Source: Bacteriovoracaceae bacterium
Lineage (GTDB): Bacteria; Bdellovibrionota; Bacteriovoracia; Bacteriovoracales; Bacteriovoracaceae
Length of the DNA: 12,225 nt
Direction of reading: 5' to 3'
NCBI GenBank assembly: GCA_041586955.1
Contig: JBFGZE010000092.1
Span: 1 to 12,225 of the forward strand
Shown here: piece by piece, positions 6,326 to 12,225 of the stretch
Numbering within the stretch: position 1 is the stretch's first letter
Layout of the letters: each line of letters begins with the position of its first letter
The notes under the pieces: model-generated
Database searches by the model: none
What the model was told of the DNA's origin: nothing
What the model saw: only the letters and a program-made list of their open reading frames with translations
Program-made: the position numbers and the translations under genes

Positions 6326-7804
6326 CTACTTTCCGATACAGAAATTGGTAAATATATCATTTAGCACTTCATCAGGGGATATAACCCCTATCAGGGCCCT
6401 TATCTCATGTCCAATGAGGTTGACCTCGGAGGAAATTATTGCAATATCGTCCACTTCACGCAATGACCGTTCAAAATGCTCAAGATTTAAACAAATACTA
6501 TTGATGGCCTCTCTATGTCTTGCGAGAGGAATGGGATTACTTTTAATTAATTCTTTATATTTTTCTGTGGCCAAACGGAAAACCTCATCTGCCCCCGTAG
6601 GACCATTTAAGGTTGCCCCCATAGAACCATCGCCACCTGGTCCTATAGAACCACTTTGTAAATTTGCCCCCATAGGACCGTGGACATCTGGTCCTATAGA
6701 ACCACTCTCTCCCCCCGATAAATCACTAATAATTAAATGAGTAGAAATTGGTAAAGAATTTTTTAATAAGGCCCAAGCCCCCGTGAAAGAAGGGTCATCA
6801 GCATGCGAGAGCACAAGTAAATCAAAATCAATTGATCTAATTTCTGTAAACCAGCCCGGATCAGATTCTAATGGATTCACGACTAAAACTTTAAAAAAAG
6901 CACGTTCAATGAGGGCCTTACTGCGATTAACGCCCTCCTCTTCTATCAAATCTGAAGTCAATCGAATCCCCGCAGTATCAATTACCTTAAAGTTAACACC
7001 CTTATAATTTTGTAGCTCTGAAACATAATCTCGAGTTGTACCGGGTGCTTGACTAACAATTGAGCGACTCTCACCACAGATCCAGTTAAATAAGCTACTT
7101 TTCCCAGCATTGGGTTGACCGACCAACACAATGTCAGGCTCACTAAGAGAGTTCTGTGGGCCCTCAGTGCGCTTATGAAGAGAATTAATCACTTTTTTGA
7201 AAGCTAAGAAATGATTATCAAATTGCTTTTGCGCATTTTCTTGACCGATATCCTCCAAAAAATCAATTTGCAATTCAACCGAGGCCTTTAGCTTAATAAA
7301 AGTTTCATATAATTCGTTGTATTTACGGTGTAAATTTCCACCTAAGATTTCAAGACCCTTATCTAAGATAAAGCTAGAATTGGCGTTCAACATCAAATCG
7401 AGGCCTTCCACCTGAGATAAAGACATTTTTTGATTTTTAAGGGCCCTAAAGGTAAACTCCCCCCCCTCAGCGAGTCTAAATTCCCCACTCTGAGTAAAGA
7501 GATCTAAAATACGTTGAATATTAAGTAAATTACCATGGCAAGATATCTCTAAGATATTTTCACCAGTAAAACTATGAGGTGCCTCAAAGAAGGTAAGAAC
7601 AACTTGATCAAGGACAGTTCCTCCTGAAATGATTTCGGTTAAAAAAGCATAACGAGGTTTAATTTTGGAAAAGTCGAAATTGAAAAATGGCCTTAAGATA
7701 TCAAAGTTTTTAAAGCCGCTAATTCTAATTAAGGAAATAGCGGCATTAGTGATTTGACTAGAAGAACAAGCTATAATTGGTTTGCTATCTACTAAAAACT
7801 TCAT
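6326..7804 (-). CDS. mnmE: tRNA modification GTPase MnmE (TrmE) with a repeat-derived insertion
   Basis: APHSFTGENILEISCHG, AEGGEFTFRA, G1 GQPNAGKSS, G2 PGTTRD, G3 DTAGIR, and C-terminal IFTNFCIGK. Confidence 0.97.
   Translation of the reverse strand: MKFLVDSKPIIACSSSQITNAAISLIRISGFKNFDILRPFFNFDFSKIKPRYAFLTEIISGGTVLDQVVLTFFEAPHSFTGENILEISCHGNLLNIQRILDLFTQSGEFRLAEGGEFTFRALKNQKMSLSQVEGLDLMLNANSSFILDKGLEILGGNLHRKYNELYETFIKLKASVELQIDFLEDIGQENAQKQFDNHFLAFKKVINSLHKRTEGPQNSLSEPDIVLVGQPNAGKSSLFNWICGESRSIVSQAPGTTRDYVSELQNYKGVNFKVIDTAGIRLTSDLIEEEGVNRSKALIERAFFKVLVVNPLESDPGWFTEIRSIDFDLLVLSHADDPSFTGAWALLKNSLPISTHLIISDLSGGESGSIGPDVHGPMGANLQSGSIGPGGDGSMGATLNGPTGADEVFRLATEKYKELIKSNPIPLARHREAINSICLNLEHFERSLREVDDIAIISSEVNLIGHEIRALIGVISPDEVLNDIFTNFCIGK
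6590..6704 (-). repeat. Array 2 of the same 16-bp motif, 5 copies, in frame inside mnmE
   Basis: On the + strand: TGCCCCCGTAGGACCA (6590-6605), TGCCCCCATAGAACCA (6614-6629), TGGTCCTATAGAACCA (6638-6653), TGCCCCCATAGGACCG (6665-6680) and TGGTCCTATAGAACCA (6689-6704). Periods are 24, 24, 27 and 24. Confidence 0.95.
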
Positions 7805-7807
7805 TTT

Positions 7808-9289
7808 TTAGTCAGTAGTTTTATAAACAATCATTTGTTGAATAATACCCAGTAAGGTCGAAAAGAAAAAATACAAGTTAAGCCCGGCAGGTAAATCCTT
7901 CATAATAAAACAAAAGATTAATGGCATAAACATCATCACCTTCTGCTGAGAAGGATCAGCGCTCGCGCTGGGATTAAGTTTATTCTGAAAGAACATCGCA
8001 ATACCCATTAAGATGGGTAAAACATAGAATGGATCTTTAATAGAAAGATCGGTAATCCAAAAATAAAACGGAGCATTTACTAATTCGACCGCATTATAAA
8101 GTACATTATAAAAAGCAATTAAAATTGGAAATTGTAAGACCATAGGGAGACAACCAGAGAGTGGATTGGCACCGGTACGCTTAAACAAATCCATCGTCTC
8201 TTTTTGCATACGTTGAGGATCATCTTTAAATTTCTCTTTTAATTTAGTGAGCTCTGGCTGAATTTTTTGCATCTTCTTCATGCTTTTAAAGCTTTTAAAC
8301 TGCAAAGGAAACGTAAGAAGACGGATAAAGAAAGTTAATAAAAGAATAGCTAGTCCATAATTGGGAATATATTCATAAATGAATTGTAGTCCTCTAAGTA
8401 TTGGAACTGCAATGATACCAAACCAACCAAAGTCAACAGCTAATTCAAACTTCTCGCCAAAGCTGTGAAGGTAATCATAATTTTTCTTGACGAAAAGAAG
8501 GCTAAAATTGAGATCACTAGAAGCTTCTACTAGGTCAAAATTAACCAGACCACTTTCCATACTATTAAAGCGAGCAACTTTTCTATCGTTAAACAAAAGA
8601 GTAAAAAGATGAAAATTATAATCCAATGCTGCCCACTTGTAGCGCCCGTCACCTTCATCACTAGAGCCTATGGTGGACCGAATAATTTCTTTACCGTAAA
8701 CTAGGAAATCTTTAACTTGCCTATTTTCAAGAGAGTCCTCTTTAGATGTGAAGCTAAAACGATATTGCTCGGGATGGGCAGATGTGAATTTAAAATTAGA
8801 TTTGCCATTTTCATCAAGGGAAATATTAACTTGTATATTATATTTTGATGATTTTGCCTTAAGCTCCCTTGAACTCTGCTCAATGATTTCGTCAAAGTAG
8901 AAGGGCGTATACTTATTATTTCTTTTTATGAAAATTTGAAATCTATTGTCTTGTCCAAAGATTTCGCGAAAAGGAAAAACATTTGTATGCGCCTTATAGT
9001 CTTGAATATCAAAGTCATTAGAAATTTCAAGAAGAGTCTCTTTATTTTTAAGGCTAACCAATTTTTTATTAAACTCGGTGGCATTTGAACTTGACTCTAA
9101 GGCAGTACCAGTAGGAGACTTCTCATGAATAGCTTGACCGACAATCGGACTTTCCTTCACTTGCATTTGTTGCTGAGTTTCTACGACCCTTTTCGGTGCA
9201 ATCTTTGGAGCGAAAAATTTTTGCCAACCAAATAAAATAATACCGGAAAGGACAACTGCAAGAAACGCGCGCTTTTGATCTGAATTCAT
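7808..9289 (-). CDS. yidC: Membrane protein insertase YidC
   Basis: N-terminal TM, periplasmic domain, VDFGWF, NYGLAILLLTFFIRLLTFPL, NPLSGCLPMVLQFP, WITDLSIKDPFYVLP, LPAGLNLY. GAGG SD. Confidence 0.97.
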   Translation of the reverse strand: MNSDQKRAFLAVVLSGIILFGWQKFFAPKIAPKRVVETQQQMQVKESPIVGQAIHEKSPTGTALESSSNATEFNKKLVSLKNKETLLEISNDFDIQDYKAHTNVFPFREIFGQDNRFQIFIKRNNKYTPFYFDEIIEQSSRELKAKSSKYNIQVNISLDENGKSNFKFTSAHPEQYRFSFTSKEDSLENRQVKDFLVYGKEIIRSTIGSSDEGDGRYKWAALDYNFHLFTLLFNDRKVARFNSMESGLVNFDLVEASSDLNFSLLFVKKNYDYLHSFGEKFELAVDFGWFGIIAVPILRGLQFIYEYIPNYGLAILLLTFFIRLLTFPLQFKSFKSMKKMQKIQPELTKLKEKFKDDPQRMQKETMDLFKRTGANPLSGCLPMVLQFPILIAFYNVLYNAVELVNAPFYFWITDLSIKDPFYVLPILMGIAMFFQNKLNPSASADPSQQKVMMFMPLIFCFIMKDLPAGLNLYFFFSTLLGIIQQMIVYKTTD

Positions 9290-9305
9290 TATTACCTCTA
9301 AAAAC

Positions 9306-9539
9306 CTATTTTTCTGGTGGTAGATCTATACCACCGGAAGAGAAAGGATGACATCTAATTATACGTTTGTATGAATACCATAAGGCCCGGCAAAAGGAAA
9401 ACCTTTGAAAGCAGGTCGTACAATATGACGAGCAAGTGGGATAATACCTACAACGAGGCCCAAGTAATGGTGAAATAATTTTTTGATAAATAAAGATAAG
9501 AAAAATAATTAATTTATTGAGTAATTTGTTTAAAGACAT
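9306..9539 (-). CDS. yidD: Membrane protein insertion efficiency factor YidD
   Basis: YQKIISPLLGPRCRYYPTCSSY...RIIRCHPFSSGGIDLPP. I moved the start to the in-frame ATG at 9539 (ORF track starts at 9581) to reduce the overlap with rnpA. The start is uncertain. Confidence 0.92.
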   Translation of the reverse strand: MSLNKLLNKLIIFLIFIYQKIISPLLGPRCRYYPTCSSYCTTCFQRFSFCRALWYSYKRIIRCHPFSSGGIDLPPEK

Positions 9540-9879
9540 TTTCCAAATTAACAGAAATCTGCTTCGAAGATGGACAATCACCTCGTTTTAATTTCTGATC
9601 CTTTCGTAAAAAAACAATCAGACAATCCTTTCCCAAGTGCTTATAGGGTGATTGCCTGAAATACTCGCGAATAATTCTCTTAATTTTGTTACGGACATTG
9701 GCCTTGCCAATTTTCTTAGATACAGCAAGTCCAATTCTCGTGAGATCAGAATCTTGATCAAAGCCATCTTTATAGAAGACTTGAATACTACCTGATCTCA
9801 CTCTTTTAGAATTAGTTCTTAGGTAGGAAAAATCCCCCTTATTTAAAAGTCGAAATTCCTTACCAAAGCCTAAGTTCAT
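9514..9879 (-). CDS. rnpA: Ribonuclease P protein component
   Basis: RLLNKGDF and RIGLAVSKKIGKANVRNKIKRIIRE (RNR-type motif). Follows rpmH. Confidence 0.95.
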   Translation of the reverse strand: MNLGFGKEFRLLNKGDFSYLRTNSKRVRSGSIQVFYKDGFDQDSDLTRIGLAVSKKIGKANVRNKIKRIIREYFRQSPYKHLGKDCLIVFLRKDQKLKRGDCPSSKQISVNLENVFKQITQ

Positions 9880-9899
9880 ATAAGTATATTAATTGGTTT

Positions 9900-10052
9900 C
9901 TACTTAGATCCAGTAGAAACAGTTAATTGCTTACGACCTTTTGCCCTTCTTGCGTTAATAACGCTGCGGCCATTAGAAGTAGACATGCGCTTAAGAAAGC
10001 CATGAACTCTTAATCTTCTTTTTCTTCTTGGTTGCCAAGTTCTTTTGCTCAT
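9900..10052 (-). CDS. rpmH: 50S ribosomal protein L34
   Basis: Below the ORF-track cutoff. Manual translation: [50 protein letters not shown] (50 aa). GAGGT SD at 10063-10059. Confidence 0.97.
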   Translation of the reverse strand: MSKRTWQPRRKRRLRVHGFLKRMSTSNGRSVINARRAKGRKQLTVSTGSK

Positions 10053-10093
10053 TGTATTACCTCAAATTTTTATTCTATAGTCAGCGAATAACC

Positions 10094-10185
10094 CTATTAC
10101 AGATATTCGTTGAAAAGGTCAACTACCAATAACGCTATTTACAAGGAAAAACAATTTGCAAGACCTCCTGCCATCATGTAAAAAT
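10094..10185. promoter_or_regulatory. Divergent rpmH / dnaA promoter region
   Basis: Minus strand toward rpmH: TTGACC (10122-10117), N17, TAATAG. Plus strand toward dnaA: TTGCAA (10156-10161), N17, TAAAAA(T). Both -10 elements are imperfect. Confidence 0.4.
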
Positions 10186-10225
10186 CTCCAACTCACATGT
10201 CGTGATCATTATCCAAGAGGGTTTA

Positions 10226-11788
10226 ATGAATAAGGATTTTCCTTTTGATCACTTTCTTCAAGACAAGAAAGGCTCAAGTGCTGGGCCGGGCCAAACCCGT
10301 AATAATAATGACTTATCGCATTTTTTCCCATTAAATCAAGAAGAGCCTCAAATTAAAAATGATGAATTTGATATCCTTATAAAGGAAGTGCTGACACATC
10401 TCCAAAAAAACATAAGTACTGATAAATACAATACTTTTTTTAATAAAAAGCTTGAAATTATCAATATTGATGCGAACAAAGTCCTATTTAAGGTCAATAC
10501 TATCTTCATTAAAAGCATTATGGAGTCCAATTTTAAGTTACTTATCCAAGACGCGCTCCAGGCCACTCTTGGCTCTCCATATTCTGCGGAATTTCAAGTA
10601 GTTACTGAGGAAAGTAATACGACACCAGCGTCTAACGAAAATCAATTGGTAGGCCGTGATAAATCATTTAAGGATGCCAGCTTTAAAATTGATCTGAATC
10701 CTACTCATGACGACCTCATCTCCAGAGTCGAATCCCAATACATAGATCATATGAACCCCGATCACACTGGTATTCTTATTGATCCTAATAAAACATTTGA
10801 TAACTTTATTGTTGGCCCATCCAACCATCTGGCCTTTGCAACTGCAATAGCTGTATCTGACGCACCAGGCAAGCGTGGTAAATACCCTTGTCTTTACATA
10901 TACTCTAGCTCAGGACTCGGGAAAACTCACCTCCTCCATTCTGTAGCCAATGGCATTAAAGTGGAAAATCCGGAACTAGTCATTTGCCTCATTACTGCTC
11001 GTGACTTTATGAAAGAGATGATCAACTCTATTCGGGACAAGCGACTGCCAGAATTCCAAAAGAAATACTCGGAAACAATAGATATCCTCATGATTGATGA
11101 TATTCATGAGCTCAAAAACAAGCAAGGGACTCAAAATGAGTTCTTTCACATTTTTAATGCTCTACATAATAAGGGCAAGCAGCTTATATTTACTTCAGAC
11201 AAAGCACCTAAAGAGATTGATGGGATTGAAGACCGAATTAAGACGCGACTTCAATGGGGCCTCGTTATAGATATTCAACGACCTGACCTAGAAACCCGAA
11301 TTGCCATTCTAAAAAGAAAGGCGCAAGAATTGGACCTCTACCTCCCAGATGACGTCCTTAACTTGATCGCCAGCTCTTTCAAATCAAGCATTCGTGAACT
11401 TGAGGGCTCTTTAATAAAGTTATCTGCCTTTGCTGAGTTAATGAACGTTGAAATAGATACTATTATGGTCAAAGACCTACTTAAGCTAGAAGATCTTCAT
11501 GAAAAAACCGTCACACTAGAATCTATCGCACGCGCAACATCACAATTCTACAAAATCCCTCTCGCCGACCTTAAATCAAAAAGTCGCAGTAAAGAAATCG
11601 CCAACGCACGACATGTAGCAATGTACCTTTCTAAGAAATCAATTGATGCGACACTCAAGGATATTGCCCATTTCTATGGCGGTAGAGACCATTCGTCCGT
11701 GATACATGCTGTCAAAAAAGTCGAAGTCAAAGTCAAATCAGACATGAACTTGTCCCGAGACATCATTCAAATTGAAAATTCTCTCTAA
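10226..11788 (+). CDS. dnaA: Chromosomal replication initiator DnaA
   Basis: TFDNFIVGPSNHLA, Walker A SSSGLGKTHLL, Walker B LMIDDI, QNEFFHIFN, RLQWGL, PDLETRIAIL, IRELEGSL, and domain IV GGRDHSSVIHA. ATG 10226 is preferred over GTG 10202 because of the GAGG SD at 10217-10220. Confidence 0.98.
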   Translation: MNKDFPFDHFLQDKKGSSAGPGQTRNNNDLSHFFPLNQEEPQIKNDEFDILIKEVLTHLQKNISTDKYNTFFNKKLEIINIDANKVLFKVNTIFIKSIMESNFKLLIQDALQATLGSPYSAEFQVVTEESNTTPASNENQLVGRDKSFKDASFKIDLNPTHDDLISRVESQYIDHMNPDHTGILIDPNKTFDNFIVGPSNHLAFATAIAVSDAPGKRGKYPCLYIYSSSGLGKTHLLHSVANGIKVENPELVICLITARDFMKEMINSIRDKRLPEFQKKYSETIDILMIDDIHELKNKQGTQNEFFHIFNALHNKGKQLIFTSDKAPKEIDGIEDRIKTRLQWGLVIDIQRPDLETRIAILKRKAQELDLYLPDDVLNLIASSFKSSIRELEGSLIKLSAFAELMNVEIDTIMVKDLLKLEDLHEKTVTLESIARATSQFYKIPLADLKSKSRSKEIANARHVAMYLSKKSIDATLKDIAHFYGGRDHSSVIHAVKKVEVKVKSDMNLSRDIIQIENSL

Positions 11789-12225
11789 GGGCCGTTGATA
11801 AAGTTGTTAATTAGGCCGTGGATAACTTTATTTCCACACCTATTCACATTTTTTCCACATAGTTACTCACAAGAAATTAAAACCATAAATAACTGGTTTT
11901 ATTCGTATTATTAATATATTTAAAGTGATTTTCCACAATGTGGATAAGTATTTTATCAGCGTAAACTTATCCACGGCCCTTTTTATTCACATGTGGAAAA
12001 AAATGTGGGTAAATTTTGCGAATATCGCAAATAATTACTAAAAGTTTTCCACATAGTTATTCATGTTTATAAGTAAGTGGAAAACTAGTGAGTAAGACGG
12101 AAGATCGATGAAGCCAATTATGGATATGCGAAGCTACTCCTTCAGATAACTGGAAATATCCACAACCATCCACAATTGGAGTAGAACTTAACTATCTTAA
12201 TTTAAAGGATTTTTACCAGATCTCC
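11789..12225. other. Replication origin oriC (DnaA-box cluster downstream of dnaA)
   Basis: Six exact TTWTNCACA boxes: 11851-11859, 11929-11937, 11939-11947(-, TTATCCACA), 11983-11991, 11992-12000(-) and 12045-12053. One-mismatch boxes start at 11817(-), 11830, 11840, 11863, 11967, 12004(-), 12076(-) and 12156. No long ORF. AT-rich. Confidence 0.93.

Noticed and set aside
6590..6704. Collagen-like protein repeat in MnmE
   Set aside because: Not a continuous Gly-X-Y pattern. The same motif occurs non-coding with a 23-bp period, and nucleotides are better conserved than residues.
6710..6725. Possible sixth unit of array 2 (TCCCCCCGATAAATCA)
   Set aside because: About 10/16 match, with the central bases not conserved.
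1582..7007. Plus-strand ORFs 1582-1845, 2406-2621, 2926-3180, 3741-3923, 4056-4280, 5594-5824, 6345-6740 and 6783-7007
   Set aside because: All are antisense shadows of well-supported housekeeping genes with no recognisable motifs. The GPMGAN and GPIEP peptides in them simply reflect the palindromic DNA repeat.
8701..10566. Minus-strand ORFs 8701-8895 (alternate frame in yidC) and 10348-10566 (antisense to dnaA)
   Set aside because: Fully nested in real genes, short, and with no family features.
11886..11898. IHF site in oriC (minus strand AACCAGTTATTTA)
   Set aside because: Two mismatches to WATCAANNNNTTR in very AT-rich DNA, so not distinguishable from chance.
11929..12000. parS-like palindromes TTCCACAATGTGGA and TTCACATGTGGAA in oriC
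   Set aside because: Central spacing does not fit the 16-bp parS. They are fully explained as inverted DnaA-box pairs.
12156..12225. DnaA-trio / basal unwinding motif after tandem boxes ATATCCACA-A-CCATCCACA
   Set aside because: No convincing run of trinucleotide repeats follows. The sequences after the GGCC-flanked boxes also lack clear trios.

Overview
This window is the chromosomal origin region of a low-GC (roughly 35-40% by eye) bacterium. Gene order and protein style suggest Bdellovibrionota (Bacteriovorax/Halobacteriovorax-like), which is an inference. The minus strand carries rpmH-rnpA-yidD-yidC-mnmE-mnmG-rsmG-parA-parB-bactofilin-atpF'(b')-atpF(b)-atpH (partial). The plus strand carries dnaA followed by a DnaA-box-rich oriC. 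Three canonical parS sites are present. The main unexplained feature is a second family of 16-bp pseudo-palindromes (consensus TGGTCCTATAGGACCA, 10/16 identical to parS) in two arrays. One array has 3 copies with a 23-bp period and fills the parB-bactofilin intergenic gap. The other has 5 copies with a 24/27-bp period, inserted in frame in mnmE in the opposite orientation. The pattern points to selection on the DNA rather than the protein, so this is a candidate origin-proximal protein-binding, centromere-like element that I do not recognise.
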